DNA of 64,000 nucleotides, taken from positions 125,714 through 189,713 of the forward strand of contig JAQGDQ010000406.1 in NCBI GenBank assembly GCA_030141605.1. The letters run 5' to 3'. Shown in pieces: positions 27,006-40,295 of this stretch (positions are counted from its first letter, which is position 1; every line of letters begins with the position of its first letter). The stretch is from Tubiluchus corallicola (taxonomy: Eukaryota > Animalia > Priapulida). Position numbers and translations under genes: made by a program. The notes under the pieces are model-generated. The model was not told where the DNA came from and did not search any database. It saw only the letters and a program-made list of their open reading frames with translations.

Positions 27006-27234
27006 ATGCACACACACACATGCACGCATGCACACACATATACACGCACACACACACACGTACGCACACACACATGCACACGCACACACACATGCATGCA
27101 CAAGCACACACACACGTACGCACACACGTACGCACACACATATATGCACACGCACACACGTACGCACACACGTACACACACACACACATGCACGCATGCA
27201 CACACATATACACACACACACATGCACGCACAAG

Positions 27235-27276
<42 letters not shown>

Positions 27277-27325
27277 TACGTACGCACACACACACACACA
27301 CACACACGTGCACATACGTACACAC
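26757..27325. repeat. Interrupted (CA)n compound microsatellite
   Basis: Read directly. Confidence 0.95.
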
Positions 27326-27623
27326 AGGCAGTAAAATGAATAAAAATTAAAGAGACAATCGACTTCTAAACACAGAAGAACAAAGGTAATTAAAACGACC
27401 AAATCAAAATGATTTATTATTACAAATCGTTATATCTGGCTACATGTACATTCGACTCTGATACTGTTCTAAGTAAGAATTTTTTAGTTAGCATCTAAAA
27501 GCAAATTATTCATGACTTGGTCTGTCTATATATAATAGTGCTGCTTGATCTGCAAAAGTTTGGTTAACGCCATGCTCAGTGGTCAAGTTAAGTGTATTGA
27601 AGAAATAATGAACCAAAATGCCG

Positions 27624-27694
27624 CTAGATGGCCCACCTACGTCTTCTTTTAGTTGCTACTCCTTCATCTGTAATGTAAATGTTGCCGTCTTCAG
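27624..27694 (-). CDS. Nested cuticular-protein-like gene, 3' exon
   Basis: ttcttggttttgcag acceptor, phase 1; reads AEDGNIYITDEGVATKRRRRWAI*, completing the R&R motif. It may instead splice to a further mini-exon (RSSSTIIYRQTKS*) near 27510-27549. Minus-strand AATAAA near 27415. Confidence 0.6.
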
Positions 27695-27761
27695 CTGCAA
27701 AACCAAGAATTTACTTTACGTGAGATGCACTGAGGTTTATATTTCTTCTGGGTTATGAGAA

Positions 27762-28880
27762 TGCTGAGCTGTTCTGAGGATGCTGAGTTTGTGGTCACCA
27801 AGGCAGAGGACGCTGAGTTTGTGGGCACCAAGGCAGAGGATGATGAGTTCGTGGACACCAAGGCAGAGGATGCTGAGTTTGTGAGCACCAAGGCAGAGGA
27901 TGCTGAGTTAGTGGGCAAGGAGGCAGAGGACGCTGAGTTAGTGGACACCAAGGCAGAGGATGCTGATTTAGTGGACAACAAGGCAGAAGATGCTGGACTT
28001 GTGGGCACCAAGGCAGAGGATGCTGAACTTGTGGACACCAAGGCAGAAGATGCTGAGTTTGTGGACACCAAGGCAGAGGATGCTGATTTAGTAGACACCA
28101 AGGCAGAAGATGCTGAACTCGTGGGCACCAAAGCAGAGGATGTTGAACTTTTGGGCACCAGATGCAGAGTTAGTGGGCATGGAGGCAGAGGATGCTGAGT
28201 TAGTGGGCACCAAGGCAGAGGATGCTGAGTTAGTGGGCATGGAGGCAGAGGATGCTGAGTTAGTGGGCACCAAGGCAGAGGATGCTGAGCTAGAGGGCAC
28301 CAAGGCAGAGGATGCTGACTTTGTGGACACCGAGGCAGAGGATGCTGAGTTAGTGGGCAACAAGGCAGAGGATGCTGAGTTTGTGGACACCAAGGCAGAG
28401 TCTACTGAGTTTGTGAGCACCAAGGCAGAGGGTGCTGAGTGAGTGGGCAAGGAGGCAGAGGATGCTGAGTTAGTGGGCAACAAGGCAGAGGATGCTGAGT
28501 TTGTAGACACCAAAGCAGAGGATGCAGAGTTTGTGGACACCAAGGCAGAGGGTGCTGAGTTAGTGGGCAAGGAGGCAGAGGACGCTGAGTTAGTGGACAC
28601 CAAGGCATAGGATGCTGATTTAGTGGACAACAAGGTAGAAGATGCTGAACTTGTGGGCACCAAGGCAGAGGATGCTGAACGTGTGGACTCCAAGGCAGAA
28701 GATGCTGAGTTTGTGGACACCGAGGCAGAGGATGCTGAGTTAGAGGGCACCAAGGCAGGGGATGCTGAGTTTGTGGACACCGAGGCAGAGGATGCTGAGT
28801 TAGTGGGCACCAAGGCAGATAATGCTGAGTTAGTTTGTGGCACCAAGGCAGAAGATGCTGAACTTGCGGGCACCGAGGCA
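27762..28880. repeat. 30-bp GC-rich minisatellite (~37 units; degenerate copies at 29272-29460)
   Basis: Unit GGCACCAAGGCAGAGGATGCTGAGTTAGTG; reads TKAEDAELVG on + and TNSASSALVP on -. An 8-nt deletion lies near 28160. Confidence 0.95.
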
Positions 28881-29026
28881 ACCAGTGCTAAAACACAACA
28901 GGCAACATGGGTCTAAGCAAACAGGCAAACACCCAAACAAATTAGCAGTATGTTTTTAACAATGGCAACATTTCTGCTGTGTGGACATACTTTCAGATAA
29001 ACGGAATTATAATAAGTTGTGCTTAC

Positions 29027-29092
29027 CTACTCTGTACTTTAATATCTGTGTGCGGCCGTCTGGCAGGAGAATTGTGTATGATCCACCGAAAC
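29027..29092 (-). CDS. Nested cuticular-protein-like gene, R&R chitin-binding motif exon
   Basis: 66-nt phase-1 exon with AG|GTAAGC donor; reads GFGGSYTILLPDGRTQILKYRV, matching the R&R pattern GSYxxxxPDGRxQxxxY. Confidence 0.7.
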
Positions 29093-29928
29093 CTTAATTA
29101 TACAAAACATATAATTATTACAGCTGTAATTTGCTTTAACCGATTATTTGTTGGCATTAATATATAAAGGCTGCATAATTTACGTTTAGCCTTATTCGTT
29201 CCAATGTGATTTTGCCTGATCATTAGATGCTGTACCTAAAATTACCCACCTTCTACTACCCTTCTTTTAAACACCAAAGCAGAGAGTGCAAAGCAGTGGG
29301 TGCTGAATTTGTGAGCACCGAAGCAATGGATGCTGAGTTTGTGGGCGCCAAGGCAATGTTTGCAGAGTTTGTGGGCACTGAGGCAGTGAGTGGGTGCTGA
29401 GTTTGTGAGCACCAAGGCAGTGGGTGCTAGGTTTGCGGACAATGACTGTGTGGGTGCTGAGAGATTAGTGAGCCATAACAGACAGTAATAAAGTCAAATT
29501 TGTCAGCCATCTTGGCTAGCGTGAATTAACAGAACAATCGTTTTGACTGCATTTAACGTTATTAGTGTTAACAGATGTGGAGACTTTTGTTTCGAAAAAT
29601 CAAAGCACTTCAGGTATTACATTCTAATTTAATTAAGTTTTTTAATTCTATTACACTTTTGAAGTGATATGTTTCTCCTCTACACGAAAGGCAAAGTGAA
29701 CGACTGAGTGGTCATGTGCTTAGCCAGTCACAGCTGTGTTGACCTAAACTTGGAGTGCATAATCACAGCGCGTACTTAACTACCAAATCGTTAAGGTGAT
29801 CATCGGGTTCAATACTCGAGCTTGAAGTTTTATTTGCCTAAAAGAATGAGATGTCATCAGCGTACATCAAGTGATTAATGCAGGCTTCAGCAATATGACA
29901 ACCCACACCAGACTTTTATTTGCTTTAG

Positions 29929-30222
<294 letters not shown>

Positions 30223-30370
30223 AGGTGAGAGAGACCTCAGAATTTTCAATTCAATGTTTTTAAAATACCGATTTTTTTCTGATATCTGCAATTAGACCTT
30301 TGCTATGATCACAATAAAGCATTTAGCAGAGCATAAGTGAAAATGTATAAAACTTGAAAAATCCACTTAC

Positions 30371-30443
30371 CATTTACCACATCCACACAGTTGTTTAACA
30401 GCGTGGCGACAAGCAAACAAACAATCAACGTCTTACTGTTCAT
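30371..30443 (-). CDS. Nested gene, signal-peptide exon
   Basis: AAAAATG context; reads MNSKTLIVCLLVATLLNNCVDVVN; perfect G|GTAAGT phase-1 donor; TATTTAA ~70 nt upstream (30515-30521). Confidence 0.7.
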
Positions 30444-31003
30444 TTTTGTTCTTATAGAGAGATCGTCACACAACATCTGAAAATTATGTGTTTGATCCAC
30501 CTGCTGATTGGCCCTTAAATACTAGTAGAAACCAGCATATAATATAATAATATACCAGCATAATAATAATCCTATGAGCTCTTTAAAAGCTTATTGAACC
30601 ATCCAGGTGGCTTCCAGATCCTGTCAATGCAACTAGAACATTTGGGATAGATCTGATGGTACTTTTAACTTCATTAAGTCTTAAAGTGCATCTACAGCAT
30701 TCGGGACAGATCTGATGGTACTTTAACTCCATTAACCTCAGAACCAAAAAAAATCGTCCCTTATAATCGAAGTTGAGTCAGACCGAGGGTGTAACTAGAC
30801 CTGTACTTTTCTGTACTTTTACACATATTTTTATGGATTATTGTTACACATTCAGTGCAAACGGTATGTAGGAAGCTCCTTCAGTGATGCGAGATGTATG
30901 TGACCGCGGAAACCGAGCTGTTCAAAGACCGAGTTTGCGAAAAAAAAATTGAGGTTAAAAGTTGATCAATTTCGCTTTGATCATACGGTCGCTTATATGC
31001 GAG

Positions 31004-31433
31004 GTTGCTTAACTTCAGGTAGGCGTGACTACTCGGCTATATACACTGCCATGAATTACAGCTACTGCAAAAATTTAAACAATACATTCAAAAATCCACG
31101 TTAATGTTGCTTAACTTCAGGTAGGCGTGACTACTCGGCTATTAACACTGCCATGAATTACAGCTACTGCAAAAATTTAAACAATACATTCAAAAATCCA
31201 CGTTAATGTTGCTTAACTTCAGGTAGGCGTGACTACTCGGCTATTAACACTGCCATTAATTACAGCTACTGCAAAAATTTAAACAATACATTCAAAAATC
31301 CAAGTTAATGTTCCTTAACTTCAGGTAGGCGTGACTACTCAGCTATTCACACTGCCATGAATTACAGCTACTGCAAAAATGTAAACAATACACTTAAAAA
31401 GCCACGTTAATGTTGCTTAACTTCAGGTAGGCG
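31004..31433. repeat. 102-bp tandem repeat, ~4.2 copies
   Basis: GTT(G/C)CTTAACTTCAGGTAGGCGT at 31004, 31106, 31208, 31310 and 31412. Confidence 0.92.
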
Positions 31434-31814
31434 TAATGAATAACTTTAAAGGCAAGGGAATCAATAGCGTCATTGCCTCATTAACTAAGTAATTATATAA
31501 ATGCGTATGTTAGTACAAGAGTGTAGGCAGGAAGTAGATCCTTGGGAAAATGTGTAGGCGGGAAGTAGATCGTTGGGAAAACCTATCTGCCGCGTGCAAT
31601 GTTTGGAACAGGTTTTTTTCCATGCAATTACAAGTTCTAGCATGTTTAAGAGAGTACTTGGGTAGTTTGAAACTGTGCACAGATATATAGAGAAATTAGT
31701 ACTAACATTTATGATTAGTAAAAACATTCAGGAATTATCAGTGAAATATACAGTAAATTGTCCCACTAGAGGTCCTTCGCGTCTCTACCGAATGGTTCTT
31801 GCCGCCATAGTTAA

Positions 31815-32384
31815 AGGAAAACCCGGATGATTGTTTAGACTCAATCTCGTGTTAATCAACTGTCCGAAATATACATTTTCTGGCCTATAAAAGTTAGCAA
31901 TTGTTTCTCATATTTGAATAATTAGCTTAGAAAGTTGATTAACGGCAGCCGAACACCGCTATTGCTTACGTCAGAAATTTATCACAGAAACTTACGTCAG
32001 AAACTAACCACAGTTTGTGCAATGGCAGGCATCTTCTCTTGCGCCTCATGCACGCCCAGCGTAAATGTTACTACTTAAACGCGTGATGTGACAAAAATGG
32101 GCTCTACGTCATATCACGTCAGAAACTAACACTGCAGTTCATGATCATGGTTATCAAGGTACCGCCTTCTATTTGTCGACCACGTGAATGTGACAAAAAA
32201 GCGCCGTTGCCAATCTTAGTAGATTCACTGAGCTGGGAGTAGCTTTGAAGGTTTACCGAAATTTGAGTATCCGAGGTAATTATTATTTAATCAAAGCTTT
32301 AATTTAAAAAAGTTGTTTTAGTTTTCAACATTTTAGAGCATTCTTTGTTCTGAACTCGTGTTTACACAATCATCCGGTTTTCCT
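31815..32384. mobile_element. Kolobok-like non-autonomous DNA transposon
   Basis: TTAA on both sides; TIR AGGAAAACCCGGATGATTGT / ACAATCATCCGGTTTTCCT. Family copies at ~35829-36368, 37799-38316 and 62183-62665. Confidence 0.8.
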
Positions 32385-33683
32385 TTAAAGGAAGACAAAG
32401 TGATTTTTCATAAACTACCCCACCTTTAAGTATGATAAAAATTTACGTTTTAACACAAGTAATTACAATTAATACTGCAAAAGCGTTTCCGCTAATTAAA
32501 TAATAGATTAAAAACTTAAATAACGGTGGGCGAGCCCAACTGTTGATGACATCACAAACTAGCGTAGTTTTCAACAGCAATAATATTCCACGAGCGTGTT
32601 GCACGTCTTTGCGAAAGAGAAAATTGAAGTACAGTGTAAGATATCCAGAGTGCTGTACAAAAACTAGGCAAGTTTTAAGGCAAAATTTCAAATTTACTGC
32701 TTGAGCTGTGGAACGTGTGTAGTTCTTCACAAACTAACACATCTAAACTGCGAGTTACAGCACCTGTTTTTGTGCAACGCGTTTCCGAAATGCAGGCGCT
32801 AGTGCCTGTCTAACTAGCGAATGGCAAAATGCACGTAACAGCAAAGAACTAGTGGCGTGAACGTGAAATTATGTTTTTGTGGGAATAATCCTTTCACTTT
32901 TGAAAAAATAGTATGTTTCCTTTCAATATTTTAAAGAGTAGATTGTTTTGAGCTACAGTTTAAGATTGGGTCCGGTTTTGCGTTAAAATAAAGGAAGAGA
33001 ATGCTTGGTCTCCCCATGCATCGTGGAAGTTCAGGATCATACAATTATTTATCACAGCGTCAAGTGACATCTCTTATCAGCACTGGCTTTGTTGTGTGAC
33101 AAAATGCATTGAAATCTCTCACAACAAGTGCACTTCGTCTCCTGGGTGAAGCTTTGCTGAAAAGTTTTTTTTCATGACCATTATTAGAAATCAATCATCA
33201 TCATCATCATTCGAAATAAGAGAAGAGATGCAATTTTACTGGAATATATAGTGTGACTGATAAGTGTCGTGTCTTTGCACAGAATTGTCGAGCGTGTGTG
33301 GCGGAATATGAAATTTATATCGATTTTCTGAATCCAAATGGAATGTAATAAAATAATTTATTGTTTATCCCAACAGAAAACGTTTAGATAATATTTAGTA
33401 TGATGTTTGGAGAATTTGGCATCATCTCGACATCAGGTCGAGAATGGAGAATTTATTGTGGGACCTCAAGGTTCCCATTACGCCCCAATAATAAAGTGTA
33501 GTGGTACCTGTGTGTTACAACACATAGGCTTATGCATGTATTATAGTGTACTAATTAAGTGTAGTTAATTACCTGTGTGTTAGGTTTATGCATGTATTAT
33601 AGTGTACTAATTAAGTGTAGTTAATTACCTGTGTGTTACGTTTTTGCACGTATTATCTGTTTCTCTCTGTCTCTTTCTCTCTC

Positions 33684-33769
<86 letters not shown>

Positions 33770-34299
33770 CCTCTCTCTCTCTCTCTCTCTCTTCTCTGCC
33801 CTGGTCACCTTTCTCATACACCATGCTCTTACAGCGTTCATTCAGTCAACGTGTTTCACAGACAGAGAAAGAATACCAGCGAAAGTGGTTATTATTGTTA
33901 AGTGGACGAACAAATCCTGATACAACCCTTAACTGACGAGACCAATGACTTTCAAAGTTTCTAAGCTCAATACATGAACATTTTTCTTCACTCTCTGAAG
34001 CAATTTGCGCAGATATTGACTTATTCTGACGAGTGATGATTACGGAAAGTACATTTATTAAGCGTTCATGTGTGCGCTTCCCTTAAGTGTTCGACTAATA
34101 GAAACATTGTTACGGAATTCTCTTGCTACATTAAGATCTATAAAGCATTTAGTGGTGAGGATTGTCTGCTATCTGTTGAGAGAGATTCAGAAGCTAAAAT
34201 TGTTTTGCTTTGGATTCGCGTAACATGTTACATTCGTGTGCTTGGCTTAGTTTAGATGTTTTAGTATTGTCTATTTCTTTCCTTTTTCTTTCTTTCTTA

Positions 34300-35080
34300 A
34301 CTCATCCACTCATTCATTCATTCGCTAACTCACTCATTCACACATTTACACAGTCACTTACTCACTCACTCATTCACTCATTCATTAATTCACAGACTGT
34401 CACAGTCGCTTACTCACTCACGCATTCGCTCACTCATTCACTTACTCACTCACTCGTTCATTCACTCGCTCACACAGTCACTTACTCACTCACTCACTCA
34501 CTCACTCATTCACATACTTACACAGTCATTTACTCACTCACTCATTCACTCGCTCATTCACACGCTCATGCAGTCACTTACTGACTCACTCACTCACTCA
34601 CTCACTCACTCACTCATTCATTAATTCACAGACTGTCACAGTCGTATAGTCACTCACTCACTCACTCACTCACTCACTCACTCACTCACTCTCTCTCTCA
34701 CTCATTCATACATTCACACAGTCACTTACTCACTCACTCATTCACTCACTGATTCACTTACGCACTCATTCACATACTTACACACTTATTTACTCACTCA
34801 CTCACTTATTCACTCACTCATTCACTCGCTCATTCAATTCAAACGCCCACACAGTCACTTATTGACTCACTTACTCACTCACTCATTCAGTAATTCACAG
34901 ACTGTCACAGTCGCTCAGTCACTCACTCGCTCACTCACTCACTCACTCACTCATTCACTCACTCACTCTCTCACTCATTCATACATTCACACAGTCACTC
35001 ACTCACTCACTCACTGATTCGCTCACTCACTCATTCACATACTTACACACTTATTTACTCACTCACTCACTCACTCACTC
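34300..35080. repeat. (TCAC)n-based compound repeat
   Basis: Read directly; neighbours are (CT)n at 33662-33792 and (GAT)n at 35233-35441. Confidence 0.92.
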
Positions 35081-35251
35081 CTTCAATCATTCGTTCGTTT
35101 TTACTTTCACCAATGTTTTGTGTACTTAGTTTCACCAATTTAGTTTTTTGATTTCGCTGTAGCTTTCAAATGTTTATATCGTTATTAATGTACATTGAAA
35201 CATTGAAATTACCACTGTTCTTGCTGACAATTGATAATGATGATGACGATG

Positions 35252-35307
<56 letters not shown>

Positions 35308-35348
35308 ATTGATGATGATGATGATGATGTTGTTGTTGTTGTTGTTGT

Positions 35349-35442
<94 letters not shown>

Positions 35443-35828
35443 AAACGCTTTATCTCACAAACATAAACACAAGTTCAGTTAACAAATCACACAACGCATA
35501 CAGGAACACGTTCCTTCAAATACAGGGCTCTTTTTAAGCGAAGTTGATTAACAAATACCGCAATTTATAACAAACACATCTGCATATATATCACAGTGCA
35601 GACTGAAATCATTAATTCTTAGCAAAATTAATTCGTACCTCTAAATTTTATGCACTTAGTTAATCAGCAATTTCTTAACTTCCACATCTCCACTTTTGTT
35701 TAAAATTAGCATATCAATATCACTCATGGATGAGAATTCTCGACGAATTCGGCTTCAGCTATGGGCCGGCATAAAAACTAGGCGGCTGCCTAGGGTGCCA
35801 AATTGTGGAAATCTTTTTTTTATTTTTA

Positions 35829-36368
35829 AAGGAATTGTTTAAACTTAAGCTCATTTTAATTTACTGTCCAAAATATACATTTTTTTGCTTATAAAAGTTA
35901 ACATTGTTTCTCATATTTGAATAATTAGCTTAGAAAGTTAATTAACTGCAACCGACCAGCTATTGTTTACCTCAGAAACTAACCACAGTTTGTGCGACGG
36001 CAGCCGTCTTCCCTTGCGCGTCAAGCGCATTTTCATAAGTGTTACAGTACTGCTTAATTCCATGATGTCACGAAAAAATGTGCTTTACATCATACGACGT
36101 CAGAAACTAACACTGCAGTTCACGAACATGCTTATCACGGTACCGCCTTCTATTTGTCGGCCAAGCGAATGTGACAAAAAAAGGCGCCACTGCCAATCTT
36201 AGTAGATTCACTGAGCCGCGCGTAGCTTTGAAAGTTTAGCGAAATTTGAGTATCCGAGGTAATTATTATTTAATCTAAGCTTTGATTTAAAAAAACCTAT
36301 CGTAGTTTTCAATATTTTAGAGCATTCTTTATCCTGAACTAATGTTTACACAATCGTCCGGTTTTCTT
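35829..36368. mobile_element. Kolobok-like MITE copy
   Basis: Homologous to 31815-32384; right TIR and TTAA present, left TIR partly deleted. Confidence 0.7.
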
Positions 36369-37087
36369 TTAAATTGAATGAACTGCTTACGTTATTTTGC
36401 AACGAAATTTGCAAAAAATTGTCTATAGAGCATAACGTTAATTTATACTACTGCTGTGAGGAACTTTTCACGCGCGGTGGTATCCATTCACTTGAAAATT
36501 ACGACATAGCTGGTAGATTTCGTGACATTTCGTAAGCGCATCGTGTCTTTCCGTAAGCTTCTGTGGCTACACTTCTGTAGCTTACCTGATGTTTATTCAA
36601 AAATATCACAAAATTTGTTGTATATTTTTTGTAAAACATTACATTATATTTTTGACGGAAATAGGCAGTGCTCCACTTTTCTCGAGTTAATGAATGACGT
36701 CATTGGTGGAAGAATGGAAGTGATTTTACTTGTTACACAAGGCGCTTTTCACACTTTTATTACTAAAACCTTCTAATATTTTTCGCGAACATTGAAATAA
36801 GCCGATCTTCCCAAAAGGCTTGACTTTTCCTTTAACTAGAATGAAAACTCGCGTAGAAACCAAATGAACTCGTCGAATTACGGCAGTGTTAGCGTAAATC
36901 GACATTCGACAGTCGCCATATTAAAGATGATTCTACTTGATTGAATTACCTCAAATTGATGTCTATTTCAGCAAATTTACTTTCAAAGTGGTTTCACGTT
37001 CCATTGTGATTATTTCCTGTTGCCCTCGCTGTAAAGCTCGTGTTTATTTAGGAAATGAGAAATCAAAAAGGCAGTAAAATGTCATTA

Positions 37088-37512
37088 GTAGAGCAGCTTT
37101 GTCTATTAATGTTTGTGAAATTTCTTAAATTAAAGGAAAAGAACAAGTCATTCCATATGTTGAGTTTATTTTACTGTTGTCACTTCAACTTAGAAAAATA
37201 TAAAAAAGAAATAGAGAAGCTTTGACTATTAATGTTTGTGAAATTTCTTAAATTAAAGGAAAAGACAAGTCATTCCGTACGTTGAGTTTATTTTACTGTT
37301 ATCACTTAAAACATAGAAAATATAAAAAAAGAAATAGAGCAGCTTTGTCTATTAATGTTTGTGAAATTTCTTAAATTAAAAGAAAGGAACAAGTCATTCA
37401 GTATGTTGTGTTTATTTTACTGTTATCACTTAAAACATAGAAAAATATAAAAAAGAAATAGAGCAGCCCTTTGTTTGTGAAATTTCTTAAATTAAAGGAA
37501 AAGAACAAGTCA
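37088..37512. repeat. ~122-bp tandem repeat (~3.5 copies) containing a TTAA-AGGAAAAGAACAAGTCA transposon end
   Basis: The same terminus opens an element at ~45590-46158 and appears inverted near 24225-24248. Confidence 0.75.
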
Positions 37513-37798
37513 CTGGTAAAACGGCACTGCATTGCCATCCCAGTGTGCACCACTGATTCACCAAAAAATACATTATTGATATTGTTGACAATGTAAAGTA
37601 ATTTAAACTTTTGCTTGGTTAGTAAAGAATATGCTACGAATGTTTCTGAGTATTTTTTCAAGCTTTACGCAGTGTTGTCTACACAGCGTTACTGCAAACG
37701 CAAGTTCTACGTGCAATAAGACAGCATGTAAGTGGCACAATATTTCGAGACAAATTCTTCAAGCTTTATTTATGAAGAGTGCTTTCTTGCACTTGTAA

Positions 37799-38316
37799 AG
37801 GAAGACCGGGCGATTGTTTAGACTCAATCTCATTTTAATTTATTGTCCAAAATATACGCTTTCTTGCCCATAGAAGTTAACAATTGTTTCTTATATTTGA
37901 ATAATTAGCTTAGAAAGTTAATTATTGCTTACGTCAGAAACTAACCACAGTTTGTGCAATGGCAGGCGTCTTCCCTTGCGCGTCAAGCACATTTGCACAG
38001 GTGTTATAGTACTGCTTAATTGCATGATGTCACGAAAAAATGTGCGTTACATCATACGACGTCAGAAACTAACACTGCAGTTCATAAACATGATTATCAC
38101 GGTACCGCCTTCTATTTGTCGGCCAAGCGAATGTGAAAAAAAGGCACCAGTAGATTCACTGAGTCGCGCGTAGCTTTGAAGGTTTAACGAAATTTGAGTA
38201 TCCGAGGTGATTATTATTTAATCTAAGCTTTGATTTAAAATAAGCTACAGTAGTTTTAAATGTTTTAGAGCATTCTTTATTCTGAACTCGTGTTTACACA
38301 ATCGCCCGGTTTTCAT
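37799..38316. mobile_element. Kolobok-like MITE copy
   Basis: TIR AGGAAGACCGGGCGATTGT / ACAATCGCCCGGTTTTCAT, followed by TTAA. Confidence 0.78.
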
Positions 38317-38397
38317 TTAAACATGTTTTTCGTAACTATTTAAACGTATTTACTATTTAAAGTTGCTTTTTATCATTTGGTTTTGCTTGTATTGCAG

Positions 38398-39080
38398 GTT
38401 ATGGGCACATAGCACCGCGGACGGATTGGGGAAAAATAGTTACCATCTTATACGCCATTGGAGGCATTCCACTCATGTTACTCTACCTCACAAACATTGG
38501 CGACTTCCTGGCTAACTCGTTTAGATTCCTGTACCGCCGCCTCAGCGTAAATTATATGCAAGACTTTCGTTGCCAAAGACGCAAACTTGTCGTTCAGAAA
38601 GTCAACGATGTTAAGTCCGCAGAAGAGTCGGAAACCATGAGGGTCGACATTGGCGACATCCAGCGTCGTCAAAGCGTCGACTCCAATGATGAGACAGAAA
38701 CCATACGTGTGCCAATCATTCTCTGCATGTCTTTGCTAACCGGATATATCATCCTAGGAGCCATGACCTTCTCTTTATGGGAGAAGTGGAACTATCTGGA
38801 CGGTTCCTATTTCTGCTTCATCACCCTGACGACCATCGGTTTTGGGGATCTAGTCCCCGGAGATAGCGTGATAAACGAAAGCGGGTCAGAGGGGAAGCTG
38901 GTCCTCTGCTCGCTGTACATGCTGGTGGGGATGGCTCTATTGGCAATGTGTTTTAATTTGATGCAAGAAGAGGTGATTAGTAAAATGACGAGTTTGGCTT
39001 TGAAACTCGGGATCATTACGGACAAAAGTTCTAAGCTTCGCTTTACTGAAGAAACTATTGAAACTTCGGAAAGCAACTAA
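38398..39080 (+). CDS. K2P potassium channel, exon 2 (366 aa total)
   Basis: ttgcag acceptor completes TIG-YG; then [24 protein letters not shown] (M2), M3, pore 2 [18 protein letters not shown]4 and TAA. Confidence 0.95.
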
Positions 39081-39084
39081 TGGC

Positions 39085-39320
39085 AAGAATCAAGATGCCA
39101 AGACTCAACATTCAAGATTTCAAGATTCGGCATTTCAAGATTCAACATATCATTGTCAAGATTCAACATGTCAAGGTTCAAGATGTCAAGATTCAAGATG
39201 TCAAGATTCAAATTGCCAATATTCAACATTCAACATTTCAAGATACAGCATTTCAAGATTCATCATATCAAGATTTAAGATGTCAAGATCAACATGTCAA
39301 GTTTCAAAATGTCAAGAATC
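39085..39320. repeat. Short-period TCAAGAT/TCAACAT tandem repeat in the K2P 3' UTR
   Basis: 7/8-nt subunits forming a ~15-nt period immediately after the stop codon. Confidence 0.85.
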
Positions 39321-39459
39321 CAGATTGTTTATTTCGAATTATTACAAATGCAACTGGTACATTTAAACAAATACTGAAACAAATGCTGACAAGAAGTAAA
39401 ATACTCAATAACAAGCAAGTTTTGAAACATACTTATTTTTAAGTGCCTAATTATAATTG

Positions 39460-39832
39460 TAAAGAAGACAGAATCCCCTTTAAATCTCAAAAAAACGTTT
39501 ATCTTTCGTCCTTCATGCGTGAACACAGTTGAAATTTGAATTCTCTATTAAAACTTGCCTAGTTTTAGTACAACACACTGAATATCTTACAGTAGCACTC
39601 TATTTCAATTTCTGCTTTCGCAAACACGTGCAACACGCTCGTGGAATATTTTTGCTGTTGAAAATTATGTTAGTTTGTGATGTCATCAATAATTGGGCTT
39701 CCCCGCCCTTAAGTTTTTAGTCTATAATTTAACTATCAGAAACGCTTTTGCAGTATTAATTGCATTAAAATGTATACTTTCTCGGACTTGAAAATGGGAT
39801 AATATATGGAAAATCATCCTGTCTTCACTTAA
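39460..39832. mobile_element. Second Kolobok-like MITE family (inverted relative of the element starting at 32389)
   Basis: GAAGACAG...CTGTCTTC ends followed by TTAA; interior homologous to 32389-32730. Confidence 0.65.
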
Positions 39833-40020
39833 CATAAGAAGGCTGTCCAAACGAATGATTGTTGGTAAAATTACAGTCTCATTGAAAACCATCACAAACG
39901 TGATAAAAACGTATTAAATTGCACCTCAGATTCAAAAGTGGTGGCTGTGAATTTGGTGCATAAAATTAATTTGGCAAACATGTAAAACTATTACACAGAA
40001 AGCAAAGCTACCATAAACAT

Positions 40021-40295
40021 AAATGTTTGCAGTCCTTTGCAACGAGTTGCATTACAACCTTTGGCAATTGCAAATGTTTGCAGTCTTTTGCAACGAGTTG
40101 CATTACAAGCTTTGGCAATTGAAAATGTTTGCAGTCCTTTGCAACGAGTTGCATTACAACCTTTGGCAATTGCAAATGTTTGCAGTCTTTTGCAACGAGT
40201 TGCATTACAAGCTTTGGCAATTGAAAATGTTTGCAGTCCTTTGCAACGAGTTGCATTACAAGCTTTGACAATTGAAAATGTTTGCAGTCTCTTGC
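40021..40295. repeat. 51-bp minisatellite with alternating variants (~5 copies)
   Basis: AAATGTTTGCAGTC recurs every 51 nt; A/B alternation gives a 102-bp higher-order unit. Confidence 0.92.

Noticed and set aside
27755-28916. Plus-strand (TKAEDAELVG)n ORFs as a K2P exon or separate gene
   Set aside because: They contain internal stops and a frameshift, and the K2P exons join perfectly without them (TIG|YG).
35963-38173. Paralogous 79/82-aa ORFs at 35963 and 37925
   Set aside because: They lie inside MITE copies, start at TTG, and the frame is broken in the other copies.
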